From: an uncultured bacterium
Lineage (GTDB): Bacteria; Patescibacteriota; Saccharimonadia; UBA4664
Assembly: GCA_963720265.1 (NCBI GenBank)
Contig: CAVRET010000002.1
Span: 328,704-392,703, forward strand
Length of the DNA: 64,000 nt
Reading direction: 5' to 3'
Shown: positions 1 through 10,102 of the stretch, piece after piece
How the letters are laid out: every line of letters begins with the position of its first letter
Position numbering within the stretch: position 1 is the stretch's first letter
Made by a program: the position numbers and the translations under genes
Notes under the pieces: model-generated
Told to the model about the DNA's origin: nothing
Databases searched by the model: none
What the model saw: the letters and a program-made list of their open reading frames with translations, nothing else

Positions 1-214
1 ACGTCCAAGCCAATAAAGCCGAGGCTACCAGTCAGCTTGGTTTTGGCCGCAAAGTCTATTTCAAGCATTGGCGCCGCTTTGTTTCACATCCGCTCATGGC
101 CATAGAATTCTTGGGTTACAACTTAATGAAATATGCCTTTGGCGGCGCCGGCCTGATCGTCGGGCGCCTGCAGGGTGTGCATAAACAAAGCGGCCCGGGA
201 GATTCGATCAGGCT

Positions 215-1336
215 ATGAAAGTTGCCTATGTAATGCATCACGGCCGACCGGTCTACGGACACGAACTAGCCTGGTTTGCGGCCATGCCGAGCCAACAAGT
301 GAAGCTCCTTACCACCCAGGAGGCGCCCGGGCCGGCCGGCGACAACCTCGAGTATTGCCGCGTTGAGTACCGCGAACCCAAGGGACGGCTATTCTCCGAT
401 TCCACCGCCCGCCGGGTCACGTATTACAACTTCGAACAGTATCTCGAAGATGTCGATGTCATTGTGGTACTGGAGGTTTTCTCGTCCCTAAGCCGCCAAT
501 TCGTTGAATATGGCCGCAAAGTCCACAAACCGGTCGTGGTGCTTGTGTATGAGCTGATCGACAACCACCCCATCTACCGTATCCCCGGCTACCGGGCCAA
601 CACCAAATACGTACTCACCCGGGCCGACGCCTTCATTGCCGTGAGCCACACCGCCGCCACCCATCTGGAAAAACTCGGTGCGTTGCGGAACAAAATTACG
701 GTTGTGTACCCCGGTGTCGATACCGAGTTGTTTCACCCCAACACCGACGGCCGCGACGACACCGGGCTTGTCTTCATCGGCCCCCGGCTTGGCCCGCACA
801 AGGGCATGGACCTTGTAATTGGGCTTTACCGAGACCTTGTACGCGAATTCCCACATTTACGCCTCACCATTGTTGGCCAGGGTGGACTTGAGGATGAAAT
901 TAACCGTCTCGCCGCCGAACACCCCGGCGTAACCTTGCTCAAACCCCTGCCCAACGCTGAGATTCCAGCTCTGCTCAATCGGCGCGGCATCTTCATTCAG
1001 CCGGCCCGGGACACTCGGCGCTTCGGTCTGCGCGTCGGCGCCGAACAGTTCGGCTTTAGCATTGTAGAAGCCATGGCCTGTGGGCTGGCCATTATCACTA
1101 GCGACTGTGGAGCTCTGGCCGAGATTGTCACTGCGGCCAACGTTGTCTGCCCCCAGGGCAGTGCCAAAGTGCTCCTTGCCAAAACCCGCTCCCTACTGCA
1201 AGACACCAACCACCTGCGCGAACTCGGGCGCGCCAACCGCAACCTCGCCCTCGAGCGCTACAGCCTGCCTACGCAAGGCGCGGCTTTGGCGTGTGCACTC
1301 AATGGGCTTACAATGGCCCGCCGGAGTGGGAGTTAA
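215..1336 (+). CDS. Glycosyltransferase family 1 (GT-B, GT4-like)
   Basis: C-terminal retaining-GT motifs 'FIGPRLGPHKGMDLV' and 'EAMACGLAIITSDCGALAEIV'; ~370 aa typical size. Confidence 0.75.
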   Translation: MKVAYVMHHGRPVYGHELAWFAAMPSQQVKLLTTQEAPGPAGDNLEYCRVEYREPKGRLFSDSTARRVTYYNFEQYLEDVDVIVVLEVFSSLSRQFVEYGRKVHKPVVVLVYELIDNHPIYRIPGYRANTKYVLTRADAFIAVSHTAATHLEKLGALRNKITVVYPGVDTELFHPNTDGRDDTGLVFIGPRLGPHKGMDLVIGLYRDLVREFPHLRLTIVGQGGLEDEINRLAAEHPGVTLLKPLPNAEIPALLNRRGIFIQPARDTRRFGLRVGAEQFGFSIVEAMACGLAIITSDCGALAEIVTAANVVCPQGSAKVLLAKTRSLLQDTNHLRELGRANRNLALERYSLPTQGAALACALNGLTMARRSGS

Positions 1337-1339
1337 CCC

Positions 1340-2620
1340 ATGGACACAGACGCCGCCGGCACAGTAAACCCGTTCTATCGCCACGCCTTTGTATTCACGG
1401 CTGCCAGCCTTACCGCCTCAGCCGTCAATTACCTCTACTACCCGGTCATGGCCCGGCTTATGGGCGTGGTCAGCTATGGCGAGCTCCAGCTCATCACCTC
1501 GTTTATCCTTCAGCTCACCACCGTCTATCTCACCCTCAACATCATCAACGTCAACATTGTGGCCAACCACGAAGAGACAGTCGGCCGCCGGCTTATGACC
1601 GCGCTGCAGAAAACCATTTTTTGGCTGGTTGTAATCCTTTGTGTCGGCCTTGCGCTCGCAAGCGTCTGGCTACGAGATTTCTTTCATTTTTCCTCGGCGG
1701 TGCCGTTTCTCCTCATTGTGCCAATCTTACTCATTGATACTGCCTCTATTTTCTGGACCGGCTATCTGCAGGGGCACCGGGAGTTTAAAACCTTGTCGCT
1801 CTACACCGTGGGTGTGGCCGGGAGCAAATTATTCTTCTCAGTTGGGCTGGTCGTAGTCGGCCTCGGAGTATCCGGCGGCGTATTGGGCATCGCCGCCAGC
1901 CTAGCGTTTGGGTTGGTGTTGGTCCGGCTTGCTAGTCGCCGAAGCCTGCCGGCTCTTCTTCCGACCTTGTCTTTGCCCACCATAGCCGATCTACGCGTTG
2001 TTCGTGGCAATATCGTTTACGTTGTTGAGGTCTTAACTAGCCTCGTCTCCATGGGGATACTGCTGTCGGTCGACGTGATCATTGTAAAACACTACTTTTC
2101 GCCCGAATTTGCCGGTCATTACGCCGGCATCGCCACAGTTGCGCGCATTATCTACTTTGCCACTGCGCCGCTCGTCATGGTAATGCTCCCGTCAATTAAA
2201 TTAGGCCGGCCGGCCGCCAATCGCGCCGCCTTCCGCCGAACCTTGGGCCTTTGTGCACTCGTATGTATCGGCGGGCTGACCCTCTTTAGCGTGGCCGCGC
2301 ACCCAATTATTGCGCTGCTTATGGGGCCGGCCTTCGTAGCCTACTCAAACTGGCTACCGCTTATTAGCATCATTGCCGTGTTGTTTACCTTTACCAACCT
2401 GGCGGTCAACTATCTGTTAGCCCTACGGAGCCATTGGTCAATAGTGGTGAGTCTGGCATCACTCACGACCGGGGTGCTGCTCATAGTCTGGCATCATGCC
2501 ACTGTCCCGCAAATTGTGGCCTCGGCGAGCATCGGATTATTAATCGGGCAACTCATATTCTGGCTATCGCAGTTCATGAGCCGCCCTGGACGCCGGCAAT
2601 CTGGGCTTAGCCCGCACTAG
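1340..2620 (+). CDS. Polysaccharide flippase-like polytopic membrane protein (MOP/Wzx-like)
   Basis: ~12 hydrophobic segments over 426 aa, no soluble domain, embedded in glycosyltransferase cluster. Confidence 0.5.
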   Translation: MDTDAAGTVNPFYRHAFVFTAASLTASAVNYLYYPVMARLMGVVSYGELQLITSFILQLTTVYLTLNIINVNIVANHEETVGRRLMTALQKTIFWLVVILCVGLALASVWLRDFFHFSSAVPFLLIVPILLIDTASIFWTGYLQGHREFKTLSLYTVGVAGSKLFFSVGLVVVGLGVSGGVLGIAASLAFGLVLVRLASRRSLPALLPTLSLPTIADLRVVRGNIVYVVEVLTSLVSMGILLSVDVIIVKHYFSPEFAGHYAGIATVARIIYFATAPLVMVMLPSIKLGRPAANRAAFRRTLGLCALVCIGGLTLFSVAAHPIIALLMGPAFVAYSNWLPLISIIAVLFTFTNLAVNYLLALRSHWSIVVSLASLTTGVLLIVWHHATVPQIVASASIGLLIGQLIFWLSQFMSRPGRRQSGLSPH

Positions 2621-2623
2621 GCA

Positions 2624-4198
2624 ATGTCGATGACCCGCGCGAGCCTGTCTGAAAAGCGCCCACCCACCTGGCTGCTGGCCGTTTTTACACTGTTGCCGCT
2701 GGCGGTGTTGCTCGTCTTGCGTGACCATCTCAGCCCTCATTCTTCTGACGACGTTGCGGTGCAAGTGGTGGTCAATAGTTGGTTGCGCGGCCTCCACCAC
2801 AGGACGTATTTGCCCTCCGACAACTATCTCTTTAAGCTACCGGTCTATGTCATTGCGGAGCTCCTGCCGTTTTCCCCGCACATCAGGCTCCTTCTACAGG
2901 TACTGGTACTGAATCTGGCGTCCTTCGCCGCCTTCTTGCTCGCGCTACGTTGGCTTGTGACACCGCCCCGGGCCACGCACTGGGACCGAACCGCGGTATT
3001 TGTACCAACACTATGGCTAACGCTCATCGGTGGAGCCTTTGGCCTCGATATGATGGTGGCGAATTATCGCAACCTTGAACTTGGGCTGATATTCCTTGTT
3101 ATTGCGTACCTGCACCGATACGTCACGGGCGAGGGTAAGCCGCGCTGGTCATGGCTTGCGACCGGCACTCTGATACTTAGCTTCTTTTGGTTCAGTGACC
3201 CCTACTTTCTTTTGCTAGTTGGTTTACCGCTAATCGGTTTTATGTGGATTTGGTACGGCTTTCGTGAGCGCAGCAGCCGCCTGCTTCTGAGTTCGTTACT
3301 ACTGGCCGGCTCCGCCCTTATAAGCTACGTCTGGAAGCCACTAGCGGCCTGGTTTGGCATTGAGATCGGCGGGGGAGCCAGCCTCAGCCCAGCCGATATA
3401 TTGCACAACCTGGCCCTGTTATGGCCGAGCCTGTGCAGCCTATTAAATCTCCACCTCGGCTCCCCGGTTCGTATCCTCATCTCGGCTCTAACCCTTGCCG
3501 TTGCGATCGCCGGCCTCGCGGCTAGTATTACAAATGCCTGGAGCGGCTGGCGTGACCGCCGCTTTGTGCTCTTCTTCGCCGGCACGCAATGGCTGGTCAT
3601 AATCGGCGGCTTTGCCGTGAGCAGCTACGTTTTTGATATCGGCGCCGGACGCTATTTGGTGCTCATCCCGTTTTACATCGCGCTTAATCTCAGCCTGGCA
3701 CTCAGCCGGCTGCCCCGCCGCACTATTCACACCGTAGTGGTTGCCCTACTGCTGGTAGCTTCGTGCGCAAGTGTAATATCAGATCTCCACGAACTAACAA
3801 ATCCGCGGCTTTATCCTGGCACCACAGCGCAAAACCACACCCTGGCAATGCTGCGATCCAGCGGGTTAACCAAGGGTTATGCCCAATATTGGAGCGCAAA
3901 CATTAACACCTACCTGGACAACGGCCGGCCCACGGTCGTGCCGATCGACTGTGTCGCCGGGCAGATCAAGCCGCTTTATTGGTTCATGGACGATGCCGCT
4001 TTCCGCCGGCCGGCCCGGGCATCCTTCTACCTTTACGAGGACAATGTACCCCAAGCTGTCGCCTGTCCACTGGCGGCGCTCGAACAAGACTTTGGACAAC
4101 CGGTCCGCATCATCACCGTGAATGCCCACGACAGCCTGTTAATCTACAATTACGACATCGCCCGCCGCTTTGTAGAGACTGCGTCGCCTAGATATTAG
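2624..4198 (+). CDS. Polytopic membrane protein with C-terminal soluble domain; possible GT-C glycosyltransferase or polymerase
   Basis: 10+ TM helices in first ~380 aa then ~140 aa hydrophilic tail; genomic context. Confidence 0.35.
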   Translation: MSMTRASLSEKRPPTWLLAVFTLLPLAVLLVLRDHLSPHSSDDVAVQVVVNSWLRGLHHRTYLPSDNYLFKLPVYVIAELLPFSPHIRLLLQVLVLNLASFAAFLLALRWLVTPPRATHWDRTAVFVPTLWLTLIGGAFGLDMMVANYRNLELGLIFLVIAYLHRYVTGEGKPRWSWLATGTLILSFFWFSDPYFLLLVGLPLIGFMWIWYGFRERSSRLLLSSLLLAGSALISYVWKPLAAWFGIEIGGGASLSPADILHNLALLWPSLCSLLNLHLGSPVRILISALTLAVAIAGLAASITNAWSGWRDRRFVLFFAGTQWLVIIGGFAVSSYVFDIGAGRYLVLIPFYIALNLSLALSRLPRRTIHTVVVALLLVASCASVISDLHELTNPRLYPGTTAQNHTLAMLRSSGLTKGYAQYWSANINTYLDNGRPTVVPIDCVAGQIKPLYWFMDDAAFRRPARASFYLYEDNVPQAVACPLAALEQDFGQPVRIITVNAHDSLLIYNYDIARRFVETASPRY

Positions 4199-4209
4199 GG
4201 CCATTAAGT

Positions 4210-4238
4210 ATGACCAGCCGATAGATAGCCGTTATAAT
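4210..4238 (+). promoter_or_regulatory. Candidate sigma70-like promoter (aTGACc-17-TATAAT) ~10 bp upstream of wzm ATG, suggesting a leaderless or short-leader transcript
   Basis: TATAAT at 4233-4238, -35-like hexamer 4210-4215. Confidence 0.3.
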
Positions 4239-4247
4239 AGGGCTACA

Positions 4248-5099
4248 ATGTCGACTTCTGCCAAATCCACGGCTGTCCAGGGTACTGCTCCGAGTGCTGT
4301 GCCGCACGTTCGTTTCCGCTACCCCTTGATCCTGCTGCGGCAAATGGTTATTACCAATTTTAAGCTCCGCTACCAGGGCTCGGTGCTTGGCTATCTGTGG
4401 TCGTTGCTCAAGCCGCTCGTGATGTTCGCTATCCTCGACATCGTCTTTCTGCGCTTTCTAAAAATCGGCAATAATCTCCCGCACAAGCAAATCTATCTCT
4501 TGCTTGGCATCGTGCTCTGGACGTTCTTTGTCGAAGTCACCAGCCAAGGCATTGTCGCCATTGTCGACTCCTCCGACTTGATGCGCAAAATCAACTTCCC
4601 GCGCTACGTTATCGTGCTGGCGACCGGCGTCTCCGCGCTCATAAACCTGGCTTTTAATATGCTTGTCATCAGCATCTTTATGATGATCGACCACGTGCAC
4701 CTCGGGCCGGCGGCCCTCCTGGCGCCGCTGCTTATCGTTGAGCTATTCTTGTTTGCATTGTCCATGGCCTATTTCCTGTCGGCTCTGTTCGTGCACTTCC
4801 GTGACCTAAGCTACATCTGGGAGCTATTCCTGCAGGCCGCATTCTATCTCACACCCATCATTTATCCACTCAATACTGGTGCCCCGGCCAGATATGCCAA
4901 ATGGTTTTTGCTCTCGCCGCTCGCGCAAATCATTCAGGACACGCGCTATTGCCTGGTCACTAACCAATCCGTCACCGGTGTGCAGGTCTACAATCACTTC
5001 TGGCCGGTCCTGATCCCGTTTGGGATTGTCGCTGTAACGGCGTTTGGGGCTTCCGCCTACTTCCGCTCCAAAGCCGGCTATTTTGCGGAGGACGTCTAA
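4248..5099 (+). CDS. wzm: ABC-2 type polysaccharide/teichoic-acid export permease (Wzm/TagG/KpsM family)
   Basis: 'ITNFKLRYQGSVLGYLWSLLKPLVMF' N-terminal signature, 6 TM, followed directly by the ATPase. Confidence 0.8.
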   Translation: MSTSAKSTAVQGTAPSAVPHVRFRYPLILLRQMVITNFKLRYQGSVLGYLWSLLKPLVMFAILDIVFLRFLKIGNNLPHKQIYLLLGIVLWTFFVEVTSQGIVAIVDSSDLMRKINFPRYVIVLATGVSALINLAFNMLVISIFMMIDHVHLGPAALLAPLLIVELFLFALSMAYFLSALFVHFRDLSYIWELFLQAAFYLTPIIYPLNTGAPARYAKWFLLSPLAQIIQDTRYCLVTNQSVTGVQVYNHFWPVLIPFGIVAVTAFGASAYFRSKAGYFAEDV

Positions 5100-6316
5100 T
5101 GGCCAAAGACATCGCGGTCGAGGTAAAGCATGTCTCCAAGAATTTCCGCTTGCCGCACCAAAAAACCACTACGGTCAAAAAGACTTTCATCCGCCTGCTC
5201 ACCGCTTGGCGTACTCACCAGACCGTTGAAACCCAACACGCCCTACGCGACATCAATTTCACGCTTGAAAAGGGCGAATTCTTCGGCATTGTCGGCCGCA
5301 ACGGCTCGGGCAAATCTACTCTGCTCAAAATCCTTGCTGGTATTTACAAACCCAATGCCGGCAGCGTCAAGGTAAACGGCCGCCTAGTGCCATTTATTGA
5401 GCTTGGCGTCGGCTTCAATCCGGAACTTTCCGGGCGCGACAACGTCTATCTTAATGGCGCCCTGCTTGGCTTCTCACGCACTGAGGTCGACGAAATGTAC
5501 GACAGCATCGTGGATTTTGCTGAACTCCGGCCTTTTATGGATCAAAAACTCCGCAATTATAGTTCCGGCATGGAAGTCCGACTGGCCTTCTCGCTCGCGA
5601 CCCGCGCCAGGGCCGACATTCTGGTTGTCGATGAAGTCTTGGCTGTCGGTGACGCCGATTTCCAGCGCAAGTGCTACGATTTCTTCCGCCGTCTTAAAAA
5701 AACCGGCGTCACCGTTATCTTTGTATCGCACGACATGAACCCGGTACGCGAATATTGCGACCGCGCCATTTTAGTCGACAATTCCCACATCGTCGCCGAA
5801 GGTTCAGCCGATGAAATCGCCACCGCTTACACCCGCCTCTTTAACGAAGAGCATGGGCCTGAGCCCGACCGTCCCGAGGATCACACCGGCCAAACCCGCT
5901 GGGGCGACGGCAGTGTCGTTTACGACAAGCCGGTGGTCAAACGCCACGGTGCAGGTGCTAGCGAAATGATTACCATCACGGTCCGCGCCCACATTAAGGC
6001 CGACCTCGATCACCCGGTGTTTGGCTTTGGTATTAAAAATGCTGCCGGCGAGAATATCGTTGGCACCAACACCCAGATAGTGCGCCACCGCCTGGGCACA
6101 CTTAAAGCTGGCACCACACTCGAGCTCGACTGGTCATTTGCCGATATCCTGGCCGACGGCCTCCATGCCCTCGCAGTCACTGCGCACGACACTAACGGGG
6201 TCCAGGTGTTTGATTGGTGGGAAGATGCCACCAGCTTCACCATACGCAAAGACGAGCACACAGCCTACGCCATAACGCCCTACATCCAGGTCAACACCAG
6301 CGTGGACAAGGGATGA
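5099..6316 (+). CDS. wzt: ABC transporter ATP-binding protein Wzt/TagH-like with ~150-aa C-terminal extension (Wzt_C-like glycan-binding domain?)
   Basis: Walker A 'GRNGSGKST', signature 'YSSGMEVRLAF', Walker B 'ILVVDE'; start codon overlaps wzm stop. Confidence 0.8.
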   Translation: MAKDIAVEVKHVSKNFRLPHQKTTTVKKTFIRLLTAWRTHQTVETQHALRDINFTLEKGEFFGIVGRNGSGKSTLLKILAGIYKPNAGSVKVNGRLVPFIELGVGFNPELSGRDNVYLNGALLGFSRTEVDEMYDSIVDFAELRPFMDQKLRNYSSGMEVRLAFSLATRARADILVVDEVLAVGDADFQRKCYDFFRRLKKTGVTVIFVSHDMNPVREYCDRAILVDNSHIVAEGSADEIATAYTRLFNEEHGPEPDRPEDHTGQTRWGDGSVVYDKPVVKRHGAGASEMITITVRAHIKADLDHPVFGFGIKNAAGENIVGTNTQIVRHRLGTLKAGTTLELDWSFADILADGLHALAVTAHDTNGVQVFDWWEDATSFTIRKDEHTAYAITPYIQVNTSVDKG

Positions 6317-7497
6317 GCCGACGCATTCGTTTCATTGTTGACGCTTCGCCGCTCGCGGCAGAGCGTACGAGCGGAGTCGGCCACAGCGTACAAGGCATCG
6401 TTGGTGCCCTTGCCGCCGACCCCAACTTCACTGCTCGCTACGAGCTGCATCTGGTAGCACCGGTCCGCGGCATGAAATATGTGCGTGCCCACCGCTTCCC
6501 CGGTGTGGCCTACCGGCCGATCCCGTTACCGGCCCGGGTGTGGAACCGTCTGCCCGGCACCCCGCTCATGCCGCCCATGGATCTGCTCCTCGGCCGCGGT
6601 GTCTATTTCCTAACCAATTTCCGCTCCTGGCCGCTCCTGTGGTCGCCGTCCATGGTGCTCATTCACGACATTGCCTTTCGACTATTCCCGCATACGCTCA
6701 CCCTGCGCCACCGCGCCTTCCTGGAGCGCAATGTGCCGCGTTGGATGGCTCGCACCAATCTTGTCATCACGCCGTCGGAAAGCGCCAAGCAAGACATCGT
6801 AAGTCACTTCAATCTGACAGCAAGCCGGGTGCGTGTTATCCCGCACGGCATTGACACCGATGTGTTTTATCCGCGCTCCCAAGTCGAAATAACTGCTGCC
6901 AAAAAGAAGTATGACTTGCCTGATTCCTACATATTATTTGAAGGCAATCTTGAGCCGCGCAAAAATGTCGCCCGCCTCATTCGCGCCTACACCGCGTTGC
7001 CGCAAACATTACGCGACACCTATGCGCTCGTGCTTATCGGCGGCTCCAGCTGGCTGGACGAAGAGCTCGAACACGAGCTTACCCACGCCAAAGAAATTGG
7101 AGCCCACGTCGTCCGGCCTACCACTTACGTCACTGATGACGATTTGCCGGCAGTCTTTTCCGGCGCTCGGGTCTTCGCTTGGCCCACACTGCATGAAGGT
7201 TTTGGAATGCCGCTGCTTGAAGCCATGGCCACTGACGTGCCGGTGCTCACGGCCCGCAACAGTTCGCTGCCGGAAGTGGCCGGCGAGGCCGCCGTCTATG
7301 TTGACCCAACCTCTGATACTGCCGTCGCCGACGGCCTGCACCGCCTGCTCACCGACGACACTCTGCGTGCCGAACTCGTCCGCGCCGGACGCGAGCGGGT
7401 AAGACGTTTCACCTGGGCGGCCGCCGCTACGTCGCTCGCCAAACTGGCCGACGGCCTAACCCGCAACCATCCGGTAACCGGCAAAGTAGTGGCCTAA
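6313..7497 (+). CDS. Glycosyltransferase family 1 (GT-B)
   Basis: Start ATG 6313 overlaps wzt stop (ATGA); 'EGFGMPLLEAMATDVPVLTARNSSLPEVAG' motif. Confidence 0.75.
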   Translation: MSRRIRFIVDASPLAAERTSGVGHSVQGIVGALAADPNFTARYELHLVAPVRGMKYVRAHRFPGVAYRPIPLPARVWNRLPGTPLMPPMDLLLGRGVYFLTNFRSWPLLWSPSMVLIHDIAFRLFPHTLTLRHRAFLERNVPRWMARTNLVITPSESAKQDIVSHFNLTASRVRVIPHGIDTDVFYPRSQVEITAAKKKYDLPDSYILFEGNLEPRKNVARLIRAYTALPQTLRDTYALVLIGGSSWLDEELEHELTHAKEIGAHVVRPTTYVTDDDLPAVFSGARVFAWPTLHEGFGMPLLEAMATDVPVLTARNSSLPEVAGEAAVYVDPTSDTAVADGLHRLLTDDTLRAELVRAGRERVRRFTWAAAATSLAKLADGLTRNHPVTGKVVA

Positions 7498-7499
7498 CC

Positions 7500-8723
7500 A
7501 TGACTGCCAAATCGCCCAAGAAAATTCTCATACTTAGCAGTTATCCGGTCGCGGAGCCACGCCACGGCGGTCAAAAGCGCGTGCAGGCGGTCATTACCGA
7601 ATACAAAAAGCATTTCGCCCAGGTAAAAGCCGTGGCCGTGTATAGTCGTTGGGCCAATCCAAAACACGGCCCGGATGACATCCCAGTAAGCCACGCCACC
7701 GACCGCCTCATTCAAGAATCCGGCCGGGTTGAAGACGTCCTCTGCGGCGAAGCTATTTACACCGAGCCAAAAGTAAAAGCCCATCTCACGCAAATACTAA
7801 AAAGTTTTCGACCCGACTTGATTCAGGTTGAGCATGTCTATCCCTATATTGGCCTGGCGCCGCTCTTAAAAGAACTCGGGCTGGATACGCCGCTCGTGTT
7901 TGACACGCATAACGTCGAACATGAAATGAAACGCGTCATCTATGAGACTTCAGCCCTAACACCGGCCGACGCCCAGGAGCTTGTGGCGCGCATCGAAGCG
8001 ACCGAGCGGGAATTAGCCGCGCGAGCCGTCATCACTACGGCAGTAAGCGTTGCCGATCGCACTGCCTTTGAGCGCATGGGGGCACGTAAAATCGTACTCG
8101 CTCCCAACGGCATTTATCCCAGCCTTCGTGCTCCGCGGGCCGTCGCCGCTTGGCGCAAACAGTTTGCCGATGCTGGTATCAACCACACCTTCCTCTATGT
8201 CTCAAGCGCTCACATGCCAAACTGGATGGGTTTCTTGGACATCGTGAGCGACGGACTTGGCTTCCTGCCGCCCGATGGCCGCATTCTGCTCGCAGGCGGC
8301 CTATCGCGCTGGCTGACTACCCGCTACCAGTGGCCGGCCACCCCCGGTGCTGCCACCTTCTGGCTCCGCGCCGAAGCCCTAGGGGTCTTGCCCGAGGATC
8401 AGCTCGCGGGATTACTCACCGTCTCCGACCGCATTTTACTGCCCATAACCACCGGCGGCGGCTCCAATCTAAAGACCGCCGAAGCCCTGCTATCCGGCAA
8501 GCCAGTCATCGCCACCAGCCGAGCCTTCCGAGCCTACGAGGAGTTTATGAATCTGCCCACCGTCACGATTGCCGACCGTCCCGACGACTTCCGCGCTGCC
8601 ATGACCGCCTCGCTCGGCAGCCCCGCGCCCAAACTCATCGCTGCCGACCACGCCCGCTTGGCCGAGTCTGTTACCTGGCCCCATACACTTGAGCAACTCA
8701 CCAAGGAGGTGGCCGCACTATGA
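7500..8723 (+). CDS. Glycosyltransferase, GT4-like (N-terminal Glyco_trans_4-like region)
   Basis: 'KILILSSYPVAEPRHGGQKRVQ' N-terminal GT-B motif. Confidence 0.55.
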   Translation: MTAKSPKKILILSSYPVAEPRHGGQKRVQAVITEYKKHFAQVKAVAVYSRWANPKHGPDDIPVSHATDRLIQESGRVEDVLCGEAIYTEPKVKAHLTQILKSFRPDLIQVEHVYPYIGLAPLLKELGLDTPLVFDTHNVEHEMKRVIYETSALTPADAQELVARIEATERELAARAVITTAVSVADRTAFERMGARKIVLAPNGIYPSLRAPRAVAAWRKQFADAGINHTFLYVSSAHMPNWMGFLDIVSDGLGFLPPDGRILLAGGLSRWLTTRYQWPATPGAATFWLRAEALGVLPEDQLAGLLTVSDRILLPITTGGGSNLKTAEALLSGKPVIATSRAFRAYEEFMNLPTVTIADRPDDFRAAMTASLGSPAPKLIAADHARLAESVTWPHTLEQLTKEVAAL

Positions 8724-10102
8724 GCCGGACCTATTGGGTCGACATGACCGACCTCTATCTCTGGACCGGCTATCACACCGGCATTCAGCGTACTGTTTAC
8801 AATCTCGCCAAATATTATGCCGAGCGCCCAGACGCCAAATTTTTCGTTTACAACGATAAAACTCGTGAGTTCAACCAAATCGATTTCGCCGCCATCCCGG
8901 TGACCAAAAAGCGGATTAAGAAAATCACAGCCCGGTCTGAGGCCCGCGAGCAGCTTAAATATCAACTCAAAGCCATCTATCTACACACTCCGGCTGGCAC
9001 TCGCGCCAAGCTTCATCCTTTCCTGCGCCGTACGCTTAATCAAGCCCACCATACAGTCTTTAGTGTCAAACATTCGCTCACCACGCCCCGCCGCCATAAA
9101 CCACTCAAACCCGCCACATTCGCGCCCGGTGACGCCGTCATCATTATCGGTGCGGGCTGGATCCGTCCGTCCATTGTTACCGAGTTGTGGCGCCGCAAGC
9201 AGACCGGTGGCTTCAAGGTCTTCCATTTCATTCACGACATGATTCCCACCTACCACCCGCACCTCTTCGGTCCCGGCCACTTTGAGCTCGCCACCACCTA
9301 CATGTTTGAAGCCATCACAGCTTCGGACGGTATCATTACCAACTCGCAAGCTTCTAAACGCGATACCAATGCCTTCATGGCTGAAGTCCACTTACCGCCC
9401 CGGCCGATTACCGTCATTCGTCTTGGCGACGACTTGCGCGACCTGGCCGAACCCGTAGCTCCCGACGACGTCCAGCTCAAACCAGGAACGTTCCTGTTTT
9501 GCGACGGCACCCTCGAGATCCGGAAAAACCACATCCTGCTCTACACTGCCTACAAGCTGGCTGTTAGCCGCGGCCTCAAGCTGCCGCCGCTGGTCATCAT
9601 CGGCCAACCCGGCTGGCACTCCGGCGACGTTATTTACTCAATCAAAAACGACCCGGATGTCTCAGGTCTCATCACCATTCGCAAAAATACCTCCGACGCT
9701 GAGCTCATCTGGTTGTTCCAAAACTGCAAGTTTGCTATCTATCCTGCGCTTTACGAAGGCTGGGGTCTGCCGCATGCCGAAGCCCTCGTAATGGGCAAGG
9801 TCAGCCTCACCTCAAACAGCTCTTCGCTGCCCGAAGTTGCCGGCGATCTGGTTGACTACTTTAACCCCTACGATGCTGGCGACTGCCTTAGTGTCATCAC
9901 CAAGTATCTAGACCCAGCCATCCTGGCTGCCGCCGAGGCCCGCATTAAAGCCGAATATCGTCCCCAAAGCTGGAAAGATTCGTATGAAGAATTCCATGCC
10001 GCGGTTGAGGCCCAGCTTGCTGCCCTTGAACTTGAGCCTGCACATAGAAGCCAGCCAGTGTCGCCGCCCCTAGCCAAAGAACATCCGCTGCCCGAGGTAT
10101 AG
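8720..10102 (+). CDS. Glycosyltransferase family 1 (GT-B)
   Basis: 'EGWGLPHAEALVMGKVSLTSNSSSLPEVAGD' motif. Confidence 0.7.
   Translation: MSRTYWVDMTDLYLWTGYHTGIQRTVYNLAKYYAERPDAKFFVYNDKTREFNQIDFAAIPVTKKRIKKITARSEAREQLKYQLKAIYLHTPAGTRAKLHPFLRRTLNQAHHTVFSVKHSLTTPRRHKPLKPATFAPGDAVIIIGAGWIRPSIVTELWRRKQTGGFKVFHFIHDMIPTYHPHLFGPGHFELATTYMFEAITASDGIITNSQASKRDTNAFMAEVHLPPRPITVIRLGDDLRDLAEPVAPDDVQLKPGTFLFCDGTLEIRKNHILLYTAYKLAVSRGLKLPPLVIIGQPGWHSGDVIYSIKNDPDVSGLITIRKNTSDAELIWLFQNCKFAIYPALYEGWGLPHAEALVMGKVSLTSNSSSLPEVAGDLVDYFNPYDAGDCLSVITKYLDPAILAAAEARIKAEYRPQSWKDSYEEFHAAVEAQLAALELEPAHRSQPVSPPLAKEHPLPEV

Noticed and set aside
488-856. Numerous antisense or alternative-frame ORFs inside confident genes (for example 488..856-, 8150..8692+, 16787..17464-, 31204..31965-, 41259..41864-, 44628..45107-, 46206..47066-)
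   Set aside because: High-GC DNA produces long stop-free frames. These ORFs are embedded in genes with clear family motifs and have Arg/Pro/Ala-skewed, low-complexity translations.
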